DNA of 64,000 nt from an uncultured Rhodobacterales bacterium (GCA_964497775.1 CAZCEW010000002.1:13153-77152), one strand, 5' to 3'. Positions 49,768 to 60,840 are shown, counted from the stretch's first letter. Numbers and translations are program-made. The notes: generated by a model not told the origin, from the sequence alone.

Positions 49768-50417
49768 GGGATTTCTGCGCCGGAATAGTCAAAGAACTTG
49801 CCGCTGTCTTGCGCGGTCAGGTTGTCGAGGACCCGGATCAGGTTTTCTGCGGCCTTGTGGGCAGATACGGTTTTATGGGCGGCGGCGTATTTGGCGGTGA
49901 AGGCCGTTTCAACTGTGCCGGGATGCAAGCAGACGGCGATGGCCTGCTTGTGGGTGCGCGCGAGCTCGATCGAGGCGCCGTGGATCAACTGGTTGAGCGC
50001 CGCTTTCGCCGCGCGGTAGCTGTGCCAGCCGCCGATTTTGTTATCGGTGATCGAGCCGACACGCGCCGAGAGAGCCGCAAAGACGCAACGCTTGTCGCGC
50101 GGGATCAGCGGCAGCGCATGTTTGAGGATTAGCGCTGGGCCTATGGCGTTGGTCTTGTATTGGTTTAGGAGTGGGTCTGGCTGGAGTGCTTTGATGGTTT
50201 TTTCGGGCTCTGCGCCGTCGATCACCAGCGCACCTGTGGCGACAAAAATGGTGTCGTAAGTGCCTTCAAGACGAGAGAAGGCGCGAGCGATGCTGGCCTC
50301 GTCAGTGATGTCGAGGCCGTTCTCACTGCGCGAGAGGCGCGTGACCTCGCCTTGCAATTGGTTTGCGATGGCCGCGCCAATGCCGCCCGAGGCGCCGATG
50401 ATGAGATGTCGTTTCAT
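49761..50417 (-). CDS. Short-chain dehydrogenase (CsgA/C-factor-like)
   Basis: GASGGIG, SARVGSI.DN..GGW.SYRAAK, LHPGTV.T. Confidence 0.92.
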   Translation of the reverse strand: MKRHLIIGASGGIGAAIANQLQGEVTRLSRSENGLDITDEASIARAFSRLEGTYDTIFVATGALVIDGAEPEKTIKALQPDPLLNQYKTNAIGPALILKHALPLIPRDKRCVFAALSARVGSITDNKIGGWHSYRAAKAALNQLIHGASIELARTHKQAIAVCLHPGTVETAFTAKYAAAHKTVSAHKAAENLIRVLDNLTAQDSGKFFDYSGAEIPW

Positions 50418-50467
50418 GGGAAGCGACCTAACTTATGTGAGGCTCAGGTCAATGATGGAGCGCTAGA

Positions 50468-50525
50468 TTGGGGCTTTGCCCCGCTCGCGATGCTCGCCCC
50501 CCAAGGTTTTCTTGCCAGGATGATG
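50468..50525 (+). repeat. Interspersed palindromic repeat copy 6
   Basis: ttggggctttgccccgctcgcgatgctcgccccccaaggttttcttgccaggatgat. Confidence 0.8.
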
Positions 50526-50574
50526 CGCAAGAAGAGGCTTTTCAAATGAGATCGGGTTTTCTATGCTGATAATT

Positions 50575-50661
50575 ATGTCGATGATTGAGCATAAGCGCCT
50601 TTTGGGCAGCCTCCTCCTTCTTAGCCTTCGCTGAGCGTGCCTTGCGGCGCGTGCCGCTCAG
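50575..50661 (+). promoter_or_regulatory. Leucine leader peptide and attenuator hairpin upstream of leuA
   Basis: MSMIEHKRLLGSLLLLSLR* (50575-50634, 7 Leu in the last 11 codons); the stop lies in the stem ctgagcg...cgctcag. Confidence 0.8.
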
Positions 50662-50712
50662 TTGGACCAGCGCCGGAACTTTCAAACTCAGTTAAGAAGA
50701 TCAGGACAGATC

Positions 50713-52266
50713 ATGACACAAGATAAAGTCGTCATTTTTGACACGACATTGCGTGATGGGGAGCAATCTCCGGGCGCGACTATGAGCCATGCCGAGAAGC
50801 TGGAGATTGCGGCGCTGTTGGATGAGATGGGCGTCGATATTATCGAGGCCGGATTTCCGATAGCGTCAGATGGGGATTTCGAGGCCGTTAAGGCGATTTC
50901 GGAACAGACGAAATCCTCGGTCATTTGCGGGCTGGCGCGTGCGAATTTTAAAGATATCGACCGGTGTTGGGAGGCGGTGAAACACGCGGTGCGGCCGCGC
51001 ATTCATACGTTCATTGGCACCTCGCCATTGCACCGCGCTATTCCCAATCTCGATATGGATGAGATGGCCGATAAAATCCACCAAACGGTCACTCATGCGC
51101 GCAATCTTTGCGACAATGTGCAATGGTCGCCGATGGATGCGACGCGCACGGAAGAGGACTATCTGTGCCGCGTGGTCGAGATTGCGATCAAGGCCGGGGC
51201 CACAACGATCAATATCCCCGACACCGTAGGCTATACCGCGCCGCGCGAGAGTGCCGCTTTGATCGCGATGCTTTTGGAGCGGGTGCCCGGCGCCGATGAG
51301 ATCATCTTTGCCACGCATTGTCACAATGATCTTGGGATGGCGACGGCAAACTCGCTGGCCGCTGTGGAAGCTGGTGCGCGCCAGATTGAATGCACGATCA
51401 ACGGATTGGGCGAGCGGGCGGGCAATACGGCGCTTGAAGAGGTCGTGATGGCGTTGAAAGTGCGCAATGACATCATGCCGTATCAGACCGGGATTGATAC
51501 GACCAAGCTGATGAATATCTCGCGTCGGGTGGCGGCTGTGTCGGGGTTTGCGGTGCAGTTCAACAAAGCGATTGTCGGCAAGAATGCTTTTGCGCATGAG
51601 TCAGGCATCCACCAAGACGGGATGCTGAAAAACGCCGAAACCTTTGAGATCATGCGCCCCGAAGATGTGGGTCTGACCGAGACCAATCTGGTGATGGGTA
51701 AGCATTCAGGGCGAGCGGCGTTGCGCTCGAAACTGGCGGATCTTGGTTATGATCTGGGGGACAATCAGCTCAAGGATGTTTTTGTGCGCTTCAAGGCTTT
51801 GGCCGATCAGAAGAAAGAGATCTATGACGATGATCTGATTGCGCTGATGCAATCGGGTGAGGATGTCGAGGACTACATCAAGCTGACGGCGCTGAAAGTG
51901 TCTTGCGGCATGGGGTTGGAGAAATCCGCTGAGATGACTTTGGAGATTGATGGCGCGCCGTCGAGCGTGACGGCTACGGGTGACGGGCCTGTCGATGCTG
52001 CGTTTAACGCCGTGAAAGCGCTGTTTGACCATGATGCACGGTTGCAGCTTTATCAGGTCCATGCGGTCACGGAAGGCACAGATGCGCAGGCGACTGTGTC
52101 GGTGCGGCTTGAGGAAGGCGGCAAGATTGCGACGGGTCAATCGGCGGATGTTGATACGGTCGTGGCCTCGGTCAAAGCCTATATCAATGCGCTGAACCGT
52201 TTGATCATTCGGCGCGAGAAGGCCGGAGGTGATATGGCTGAGGTCTCTTACAAAGACGTCTCCTAA
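50713..52266 (+). CDS. leuA: 2-isopropylmalate synthase
   Basis: FDTTLRDGEQSPG, HCHNDLG, NGLGERAGN, AFAHESGIHQDG. Confidence 0.98.
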   Translation: MTQDKVVIFDTTLRDGEQSPGATMSHAEKLEIAALLDEMGVDIIEAGFPIASDGDFEAVKAISEQTKSSVICGLARANFKDIDRCWEAVKHAVRPRIHTFIGTSPLHRAIPNLDMDEMADKIHQTVTHARNLCDNVQWSPMDATRTEEDYLCRVVEIAIKAGATTINIPDTVGYTAPRESAALIAMLLERVPGADEIIFATHCHNDLGMATANSLAAVEAGARQIECTINGLGERAGNTALEEVVMALKVRNDIMPYQTGIDTTKLMNISRRVAAVSGFAVQFNKAIVGKNAFAHESGIHQDGMLKNAETFEIMRPEDVGLTETNLVMGKHSGRAALRSKLADLGYDLGDNQLKDVFVRFKALADQKKEIYDDDLIALMQSGEDVEDYIKLTALKVSCGMGLEKSAEMTLEIDGAPSSVTATGDGPVDAAFNAVKALFDHDARLQLYQVHAVTEGTDAQATVSVRLEEGGKIATGQSADVDTVVASVKAYINALNRLIIRREKAGGDMAEVSYKDVS

Positions 52267-52292
52267 CACCTATCTGTGGTATCTAAACAACG

Positions 52293-52319
52293 AAACGGTC
52301 CGAGGTTCGGGCCGTTTTC
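52293..52319 (+). terminator. Intrinsic terminator after leuA
   Basis: aaacggtccga-ggt-tcgggccgtttt. Confidence 0.7.
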
Positions 52320-52477
52320 TACTTTGTCGCAGGCCTGCCTTATTTTCGCCAAAAGCGTTTATGATTTTGCAACAAAGGGCAGCGATTCCAAGCATTGTTG
52401 CGCTTATGGAAAGAGGCAGGGCGCTTTATCCCCGTGGGATGGGTGCGTATAAAGTAGATCAGCCAAGCTCCCAGTGA

Positions 52478-53563
<1,086 letters not shown>

Positions 53564-53587
53564 CCCCGGGACGCAGGTAGGCTCTCG

Positions 53588-54499
53588 ATGGCGAAAGACA
53601 GACGCGGACAAGAGGAATATGGCCGTCCGATCAGACGCATTCTGGTCGGGCTTTTGGTCCTTGTGTTGCTTGCCTCTTTTGCGGTTTGGCGGATCGACAA
53701 CCCTCGGATGGAGCGGTTTCGCGCGGCGGTGATCGACAAGGTCGTGCCGTCTTTTGACTGGGCTTTGGTGCCGGTGACGAAGTTTTCGCGCATGGTCGAT
53801 GATTTTCAAAGCTATGCGCGCATCTATGAGCAGAACCAAGAATTGCGCCGCGAATTGCAGCAGTTGAAATCCTGGCGCGAGGCGGCATTGCAGCTAGAGC
53901 AGGAAAATGCGCGGCTCTTGGATCTCAATAAAGTGCGGCTTAACGCGCAGCTGACTTATGTGACGGGCGTCGTGCTGACGGATAATGGCTCTCCTTTCCG
54001 GCGGTCGGTTTTGCTAAACGTGGGCGCGCGGGACGGTATCCAAGATGGCTGGGCGACGATGGACGGGCTTGGGCTGGTGGGTCGTATCTCGGGCGTTGGC
54101 GACAAAACTGCACGGGTGATCTTGCTCAATGACACCAATAGTCGCGTGCCGGTGACCATTCAGCCTTCGGGGCAAAAAGCGCTTTTGGTGGGCGATAACT
54201 CTCTGGCGCCGCCGGTTGAGATTATCGAGAACAAAGAAGATGTGCGCCCCGGCGATAGGGTTGTGACCTCGGGCGATGGCAAGGTGTTTCCTGCGGATTT
54301 GCTGGTGGGCCAGATCGTGCTGGGACCGGATGGTCGTTTGCGCGTGAAGTTGGCCGCTGACTACGGACGGTTGGAATTCTTGCGCGTCTTGCGCAACCCG
54401 GAGGCGCCGGGGATTGCATCATCAGGCGATCTGATTTCTGCCGATACTTTGCCGCCAATCGAAGAGCTGATCACGGATGCGGAGCCCGGCGATGGTTGA
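53588..54499 (+). CDS. mreC: Rod shape-determining protein MreC
   Basis: TM plus coiled coil, GLVGR, VVTSG..FP; follows mreB. Confidence 0.95.
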   Translation: MAKDRRGQEEYGRPIRRILVGLLVLVLLASFAVWRIDNPRMERFRAAVIDKVVPSFDWALVPVTKFSRMVDDFQSYARIYEQNQELRRELQQLKSWREAALQLEQENARLLDLNKVRLNAQLTYVTGVVLTDNGSPFRRSVLLNVGARDGIQDGWATMDGLGLVGRISGVGDKTARVILLNDTNSRVPVTIQPSGQKALLVGDNSLAPPVEIIENKEDVRPGDRVVTSGDGKVFPADLLVGQIVLGPDGRLRVKLAADYGRLEFLRVLRNPEAPGIASSGDLISADTLPPIEELITDAEPGDG

Positions 54500-55031
54500 T
54501 CCTGCCACCTCAAGACGGCTGAGTTACCGCGCGATGTTCTTTGCGCTTTGCGCAATGCTGATCTTTCTCAAGCTCTTACCAATCGGCGCTGTGCCCGGCG
54601 GCATCCCTGCGCCGGATTTGATGTTTTGCTTTATGGCTGCGTGGATGATGCGCCGCCCGAACTATGTGCCTGTACTTTTGGTCGCGTTTATCTTTGTGTT
54701 GTCCGATATTGTGTTCCTGCGCCCCATCGGGCTTTGGTCGGCGCTGATTGTGTTGGGCTCGGAATTTCTGCGCTCCAGATCAACGGGCCCATCCGAGATA
54801 CCGGTGCCGGCCGAAATCGCGCTGGTGTCTTTTGTGTTTGCCGCGATGTTTGCGATTTATAGCGTGGTCTTCGTGCTTCTTGGGACGCCGCATGCTGAAT
54901 TGAAAACCGCGGCACTTCACGTTTTGACCACCGTGATTGCCTACCCCTTTGTTATTGGCGTGACGCATTTTATACTCAGGGTGAGACGGGCCAAGCCGTC
55001 TGATCTGGATGCAGGTGGAAATCTGATATGA
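54492..55031 (+). CDS. mreD: Rod shape-determining protein MreD
   Basis: Polytopic membrane protein with PDL..RRP motif between mreC and mrdA. Confidence 0.9.
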   Translation: MVDPATSRRLSYRAMFFALCAMLIFLKLLPIGAVPGGIPAPDLMFCFMAAWMMRRPNYVPVLLVAFIFVLSDIVFLRPIGLWSALIVLGSEFLRSRSTGPSEIPVPAEIALVSFVFAAMFAIYSVVFVLLGTPHAELKTAALHVLTTVIAYPFVIGVTHFILRVRRAKPSDLDAGGNLI

Positions 55032-56962
55032 GGCGCACGCCCAAAGATACCGAAGACAGCGCCCGGATCGTGTCGCGCCGCGGGTTGATCCTTGGCGGCG
55101 GCATGGCTCTGTTTGCTGGTGGCCTTGGGTTGCGGATGCGTCATCTACAGGTCAACGAGGCCGATCAGTTCCGGCTTTTGGCAGAAGAGAACCGTATCAA
55201 TATCCGGCTTCTGGCGCCTGCGCGCGGCGAAGTCATCGACCGCCGTGGCCGCTTGATTGCGGGCAATGAGCAAAACTACCGCGTTGTTATGCAGCGCGAC
55301 GAGATCGAGGACGTGGAAGAAACGCTTTATGCGATCAGCCGCTTGATCCCGCTGACCACCGACGATCTGAAACGTGTGCGCGAAGAGATGGCCAAACGCT
55401 CGCGCTTGGTGCCGATCACGATTGCGGACCGGCTCAGCTGGGAAGATCTCAGCCAAGTGGCCGTCAATGCGCCGGCCTTGCCCGGTATCACACCCGAAGT
55501 GGGTTTGAGCCGAAGTTACCCGAGGGGCGAGGATTTCGCCCATGTGATCGGTTATGTAGGCCCTGTCAGTGACTATGATTTGGGCAAGTTGGATGTGATT
55601 GACCCAGTGCTGCAAATTCCGAAATTTCAAATCGGCAAATCTGGGGTTGAAACCAAGCTTGAAGACGCATTGCGCGGGCGGGCCGGGACAAAACGGATTG
55701 AAGTGAATGCCGCAGGCCGCGTGATGCGCGAGCTGGACCGCGATGAAAGCACCAAAGGTGTTAGCGTTCAGCTGACGATTGACGCCAAGCTGCAAAACTT
55801 CGCGCAAGCGCGGATGGCGGGTGAAAGTGCGGCGGCGGTTGTGATTGATGTGGAATCGGGTGATCTGCTGGCCGTGGGCTCCGCGCCGTCTTTTGATCCT
55901 AACAAATTTGTGCGCGGCATTTCGGTCGCCGATTACAAACTGCTGACTGAGAACGAATACCGCCCGCTGGCCAATAAGGCTGTGCAAGGGCTCTACCCGC
56001 CAGGCTCGACCTATAAGATGGTTGCGGCTTTGGCGGCCATCGAGGCCGGAGAGATTGGCCCCGAAGAGACTGTCTGGTGCGGTGGTCATGCCGAGGTCGC
56101 GGGGCGCAGGTTCCATTGCTGGAAACGCGGCGGGCACGGTCATATGGACCTGCGTAATTCGCTCAAGCAATCTTGTGACGTCTACTACTATGATGTCGCG
56201 CAGCGCGTCGGTATCGAGCGGATGAGCGCGATGGCGCGCCGTCTTGGATTTGGCGAAAGCCACGCCGTAGAGATGTCAGCGGTGGCCAAAGGTCTGACGC
56301 CGACGAAAGATTGGAAGCGCGCCAATCGCGGCTCCGAATGGGTTGTGGGCGACAGTTTGAACGCGGCGATTGGGCAGGGCCTTGTCTTGGCCTCGCCTTT
56401 GCAGCTGGCGGTGATGACAGCACGGATCGCGACGAACCGGGCTGTGTCGCCGAGGCTGGTGCGTGCGATTGACGGCGTCGAGCGGCCCAACGGGGCGGGC
56501 GAGCCTTTGGGGCTGAGCACGACATCGATCAACTACATCCGCGACGCAATGTTTGCGGTCAGCAATGAGCAACGCGGTACGGGTTACCGCTCTCGCATCG
56601 TGGATGCCACGAAACAGATGGCGGGTAAAACTGGCACGTCGCAAGTGCGCAACATCACCAAGGCAGAGCGTGCGCAAGGTGTGTTCCGCAACGAAGACCT
56701 GCCATGGGACCGGCGCGACCATGCGCTGTTCGTAGGCTTCGCGCCTTATGACAAGCCAAAATACGCAATTGCCGTGGTGGTCGAGCATGGCGGCGGCGGC
56801 TCTGTTGCTGCCGCGCCGATTGCGCGCGACATATTGCTGGCGGCTCAGTTTGACGGTGTTCCACCATTGGACGCTTATCCGAAATCGCAGCGCGCGCGGA
56901 TCAGCTCTGCGCTGGAGAAGCTAGAGCTCAACGACCCTGATGACGACGGCGCGCCTGCATGA
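55028..56962 (+). CDS. mrdA: Penicillin-binding protein 2
   Basis: PGSTYK, SCD, GKTGTSQ motifs. Confidence 0.96.
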   Translation: MRRTPKDTEDSARIVSRRGLILGGGMALFAGGLGLRMRHLQVNEADQFRLLAEENRINIRLLAPARGEVIDRRGRLIAGNEQNYRVVMQRDEIEDVEETLYAISRLIPLTTDDLKRVREEMAKRSRLVPITIADRLSWEDLSQVAVNAPALPGITPEVGLSRSYPRGEDFAHVIGYVGPVSDYDLGKLDVIDPVLQIPKFQIGKSGVETKLEDALRGRAGTKRIEVNAAGRVMRELDRDESTKGVSVQLTIDAKLQNFAQARMAGESAAAVVIDVESGDLLAVGSAPSFDPNKFVRGISVADYKLLTENEYRPLANKAVQGLYPPGSTYKMVAALAAIEAGEIGPEETVWCGGHAEVAGRRFHCWKRGGHGHMDLRNSLKQSCDVYYYDVAQRVGIERMSAMARRLGFGESHAVEMSAVAKGLTPTKDWKRANRGSEWVVGDSLNAAIGQGLVLASPLQLAVMTARIATNRAVSPRLVRAIDGVERPNGAGEPLGLSTTSINYIRDAMFAVSNEQRGTGYRSRIVDATKQMAGKTGTSQVRNITKAERAQGVFRNEDLPWDRRDHALFVGFAPYDKPKYAIAVVVEHGGGGSVAAAPIARDILLAAQFDGVPPLDAYPKSQRARISSALEKLELNDPDDDGAPA

Positions 56963-58095
56963 GCTATCTTGAGTACAACCTGAAATCGGTGCCCTCAGGC
57001 ATTGCCAAAGTGTTGCATCTCAACTGGCCTGTGATTTTGCTATTATCCGCCATTTCCTGTGTTGGCTTCGTGATGCTGTTTTCGGTCGCAGGTGGCTCGA
57101 TGCAGCCTTGGGCCGAGCCACAGATGAAGCGTTTCGGGCTTGGCATGGCGCTGATGTTTACAGTCGCGATGATCCCGATTTGGTTTTTGCGCAATATCGC
57201 GGGGCTGGCCTATGCGGCATGTATAGGGTTGTTGCTGGCGGTCGAATTTTTCGGCGAAACGCGCGGCGGAGCCACGCGCTGGATTGATGTGGGCATCACT
57301 TTGCAGCCGTCCGAGTTGATGAAGATCACGCTGATCATGTTCCTTGCGGCCTATTATGATTGGCTTGACGTCAAGAAAGTCTCGCGCCCGCTTTGGGTGA
57401 TGGTGCCTTTGATCATCATCGCGGTGCCTGTATTTCTGGTGCTCAAACAGCCCGATCTGGGCACGGCCTTGCTGTTGGTCTTTGGGGGCGGCGGGTTGAT
57501 GTTTCTGGCTGGCGTGCACTGGGCTTACTTTGCCGCTGTGATCGGTGGCGCGGCGGGTTTGATCGGTGCTGTGTTCGAGTCGCGGGGCACGACGTGGCAG
57601 ATCCTGAAGGACTATCAGTACCGACGCATTGACACTTTCATCAACCCCGAGACCGACCCGCTTGGGGCGGGCTATCACATCACCCAATCCAAGATCGCGC
57701 TGGGCTCTGGTGGCTGGACGGGGCGCGGGTTTATGCAAGGCACGCAATCGCGGCTCGACTTTTTGCCCGAGAAACATACCGATTTCATCTTCACCACCTT
57801 GGCCGAAGAATTCGGCTTTATCGGCGGGTTTTCCTTGCTGGGCCTCTACACGCTGGTGATCTTCTTTTGCGTGCTGTCGGCGGTCAAGAACAAGGATCGT
57901 TTCTCTTCGCTTCTGACGCTTGGCATCGCGCTGACCTTCTTTTTGTTCTTCGCGGTGAATATGTCGATGGTTATGGGAATGGCGCCCGTTGTGGGCGTGC
58001 CGTTGCCTTTGGTCAGCTATGGTGGCTCGGCGATGCTGGTCTTGCTTTTGGCCTTCGGGTTGGTGCAAAGCGCGCATGTGCATCGTCCGAGGTAG
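56959..58095 (+). CDS. rodA: Rod shape-determining protein RodA
   Basis: QPSELMK, QPDLGT, LPEKHTDFIF, PLVSYGGS. Confidence 0.96.
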   Translation: MSYLEYNLKSVPSGIAKVLHLNWPVILLLSAISCVGFVMLFSVAGGSMQPWAEPQMKRFGLGMALMFTVAMIPIWFLRNIAGLAYAACIGLLLAVEFFGETRGGATRWIDVGITLQPSELMKITLIMFLAAYYDWLDVKKVSRPLWVMVPLIIIAVPVFLVLKQPDLGTALLLVFGGGGLMFLAGVHWAYFAAVIGGAAGLIGAVFESRGTTWQILKDYQYRRIDTFINPETDPLGAGYHITQSKIALGSGGWTGRGFMQGTQSRLDFLPEKHTDFIFTTLAEEFGFIGGFSLLGLYTLVIFFCVLSAVKNKDRFSSLLTLGIALTFFLFFAVNMSMVMGMAPVVGVPLPLVSYGGSAMLVLLLAFGLVQSAHVHRPR

Positions 58096-58098
58096 GCT

Positions 58099-59031
58099 AT
58101 GATCAATGTGCTCTTTGCGTCCAAGCCCTCCGCTTGGGCCGAATATGAGGCGCCGTTGCGCGCGGGGTTCGAGGCTAAAGGGCTCGACGTTGCGTTGAGC
58201 ACCGAGACGGATGCGCCCGAGACGATCGACTATATCATCTACGCCCCAAACTCGAAGATCCGCGATTTCACACCGTTCACGCGCCTAAAGGCGGTTCAAA
58301 ACCTGTGGGCGGGTGTCGAGAATGTTGTGGGCAATGACACGCTGAAAGTGCCGCTTTGCCGGATGGTTGATGAGGGCCTGACAGATGGCATGGTCGAGTG
58401 GGTTTTGGGCCATGTGATGCGTCATCATCTTGGGATGGACGCGCATATCATCAATCCGGATAAGAATTGGATCGAGACATTTCCGCCCCTTGCGCGTGAA
58501 CGCTCGGTCACGGTTTTGGGTCTTGGCGCTTTGGGGGCTGCTTGCGCGCAGACGCTCGCAGGATTGAAATTCGACGTGCATGGCTGGAGCCGGAGCCTCA
58601 AGCAGATCGATGGCGTGACATGTCATGCGGGAACGGAAGGGTTGAAGGCCGCGCTGGCCAAAGCAGAGATTTGCATTTTGCTTTTGCCTCTGACGCCTGA
58701 GACCGAGAACATCTTGGACACAGAGGCTTTCGCACGGATGCCCAAGGGCGCGTTTATCATCAACCCCGGACGCGGGCGGATGATTGATGATGATGCGCTC
58801 TTGGCTGCGTTGGGATCGGGCCAGATTGCGCACGCGACGCTGGATGTGTTTCGGGTTGAGCCTTTGCCGCAGGACCATCCGTTTTGGAGCCATTCTCAAG
58901 TCACTGTGACGCCGCATATCGCATCGGTCACGCGGATATCGACTTCGGCGCAGGTGGTAGTCGACAACATCGCGCGCGCGGAGGCGGGGCAGGCTTTGCT
59001 ACATGTGGTTGATCGCAGCGCCGGGTACTAG
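58099..59031 (+). CDS. ghrA: Glyoxylate/hydroxypyruvate reductase A family
   Basis: WAGVE, GLGALG, INPGRG, LDVF..EPL, TPHIAS. Confidence 0.88.
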   Translation: MINVLFASKPSAWAEYEAPLRAGFEAKGLDVALSTETDAPETIDYIIYAPNSKIRDFTPFTRLKAVQNLWAGVENVVGNDTLKVPLCRMVDEGLTDGMVEWVLGHVMRHHLGMDAHIINPDKNWIETFPPLARERSVTVLGLGALGAACAQTLAGLKFDVHGWSRSLKQIDGVTCHAGTEGLKAALAKAEICILLLPLTPETENILDTEAFARMPKGAFIINPGRGRMIDDDALLAALGSGQIAHATLDVFRVEPLPQDHPFWSHSQVTVTPHIASVTRISTSAQVVVDNIARAEAGQALLHVVDRSAGY

Positions 59032-59810
59032 CGCAAGACAGGCGGCTTTCCCGGATCGGAGCCCGGAGCTATTTGTGGCGTGCGCTCAGCAGGTTGAGGC
59101 AAATCAAAGCGAAGCCCATGACGCGCGAAGGAGGCCGCTATCGGCTCGGCCGCTTTGACAAATGCAACGTCCAACGCGCCTGCCTCGATGCCGCTAAAGA
59201 CCAGCGCCTCACGTACGGCTGAGACTAGCGCGGTTTGCGCGTCAGGGATGGCATCGACGAAAGCCAGAATATGCGATTGGGTCGCGTTGTCGTAGCTGAC
59301 ATTTGCCAGATAGGCGAATTTGGCGAGGCCCGTTGCAGTGGCGAGTTTCTGGTCCAAGGCGGTGATCAATGCCTCGGGCAGGCCGGAGGGGGCGCTGATA
59401 TCGGTTGGAGTGGCCTCTATTTGATCGGGGGCGTGACCCAGTGTCTCGTTCAGCCAACTCAGCGCTTCAGATGGGATCAGCATTGAAGAAGGGGCGACGT
59501 CTAAGTTGAGGCCAAGCCCGATATTTTGACCTGCAAGCATCGACGTTAAAACACGACCCGAAAGGGCTGCAAAAGGGGCAGGTCCGTCGGCGAACTCTGC
59601 CAGACGGGCCTCGGTGTCAAAAGCCAGCACATATTGCGCTTCGTCCAGTGGAAAGACTTGCGGCTCGATCTGGTCGCCATCGGCATCACGGGCAAGCAGC
59701 AAGAACAGCTCGCAATCGGCCAACCGTTCAAAGAAGCGCAGGCGCGCGGCGTCATCTTCAGGAGCCGCTTCCATCCCGCGATGGGCCAGATCAAGTGCAG
59801 TATCGGACAT
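59028..59810 (-). CDS. SseB family protein
   Basis: RLRFFERLAD.ELFLLL, LAFDTEARL, GLGLNL. Confidence 0.8.
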   Translation of the reverse strand: MSDTALDLAHRGMEAAPEDDAARLRFFERLADCELFLLLARDADGDQIEPQVFPLDEAQYVLAFDTEARLAEFADGPAPFAALSGRVLTSMLAGQNIGLGLNLDVAPSSMLIPSEALSWLNETLGHAPDQIEATPTDISAPSGLPEALITALDQKLATATGLAKFAYLANVSYDNATQSHILAFVDAIPDAQTALVSAVREALVFSGIEAGALDVAFVKAAEPIAASFARHGLRFDLPQPAERTPQIAPGSDPGKPPVLR

Positions 59811-59884
59811 GAAAGACGCCTTTGGAAAGGGGTTTGCAAGCGACAGAATTCATTGCAGGATCGCGTGAAAATGGAAAGGCCAAG

Positions 59885-60460
59885 ATGCTGCAAGATGACA
59901 TAGAAGCCTGCCAGATTTGTGCGGAACGCTTTGCTGCGACAGTGACTGGCCACCGTCCGCGCCCAATTGTCTGGTTTCGCGCGAACACGCCAATCTTGAT
60001 TGCAGGCCAAGCGCCCGGGATGCGGGTGCATGAAGATGGTCGTCCGTTCTGGGACCGCTCTGGTGACCGGCTGCGCGATTGGCTTGGGCTGGATCACGAC
60101 CAGTTTTACGACCGCGATTTGGTCTCGATCCTGCCCACAGCCTTTTGCTTTCCGGGCTATGATGCGAAAGGCTCTGACTTGCCGCCACCGCCCATATGCT
60201 GGGAAACTTGGCACGCACAAAGCTTGGAGGAGATCGGTCGCCCGAAGCTGCGTGTCATCATCGGTTCTTACGCAATCTCGCGCCATCTGGGCCTGAAGGG
60301 GCGGCTGGGCGATATCATCTCGGACTGGCGCGAACACGCGCCTGATACTTTCGTGCTGCCGCATCCGTCTTGGCGCAATTCTGGCTGGATGCGCAAACAT
60401 CCGTGGTTTGAGGCGGACATATTGCCGGCCTTGCGTGAGAGAGTAGCAGAAATTATTTGA
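59885..60460 (+). CDS. Uracil-DNA glycosylase superfamily protein
   Basis: CQIC, GQAPG, SGDRLRDWLG, FCFPG, LPHPSWRN. Confidence 0.9.
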   Translation: MLQDDIEACQICAERFAATVTGHRPRPIVWFRANTPILIAGQAPGMRVHEDGRPFWDRSGDRLRDWLGLDHDQFYDRDLVSILPTAFCFPGYDAKGSDLPPPPICWETWHAQSLEEIGRPKLRVIIGSYAISRHLGLKGRLGDIISDWREHAPDTFVLPHPSWRNSGWMRKHPWFEADILPALRERVAEII

Positions 60461-60465
60461 TTGCA

Positions 60466-60489
60466 ATATTTCTATAATTATAGAAATAT
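60466..60489. promoter_or_regulatory. Perfect 24-bp palindrome, probable ArsR operator
   Basis: ATATTTCTATAA-TTATAGAAATAT immediately before the arsR ATG. Confidence 0.8.
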
Positions 60490-60495
60490 AAAATC

Positions 60496-60840
60496 ATGGA
60501 GAGATTTAGCGATTCCAAATTGTCTTTGGTGCAAGCGGCGAGCGCCTATGCAGCACTTGGCTCCGAGCAGCGTTTGTCGTTATTGCGCACGCTGACGCGC
60601 GCGGGCGATCAAGGCACGAGCATCGGCGCGTTGGGGGAGGCCACGGGTTTAAGTGGCGCGAACCTGACGCATCATTTGCGTATCTTGTCGACGGCGGGCC
60701 TGATCCGGCAAGAAAAGCGCGGCCGGTCGGTGATCTGTGCGGTGGCCGATTACGTGACCTTCGAGCGGCTCAATGCGTTTCTGCGCGAGGAATGTTGCGC
60801 CGATGTCGACTGTGACAAAGACGGTGACAAAAATGAGTGA
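60496..60840 (+). CDS. ArsR/SmtB family repressor with C-terminal CC..C
   Basis: AALG.EQRL.LLR.L, HTH ending LTHHLRIL..AGLI, REECCADVDC. Confidence 0.92.
   Translation: MERFSDSKLSLVQAASAYAALGSEQRLSLLRTLTRAGDQGTSIGALGEATGLSGANLTHHLRILSTAGLIRQEKRGRSVICAVADYVTFERLNAFLREECCADVDCDKDGDKNE

Noticed and set aside
50425-50452. SoxR/MerR-like operator upstream of the SDR-photolyase unit (TTGACCTGAGCCTCACATAAGT on the minus strand)
   Set aside because: Only about 10 of 18 positions match, and there is no -10 box at the 19-bp MerR spacing
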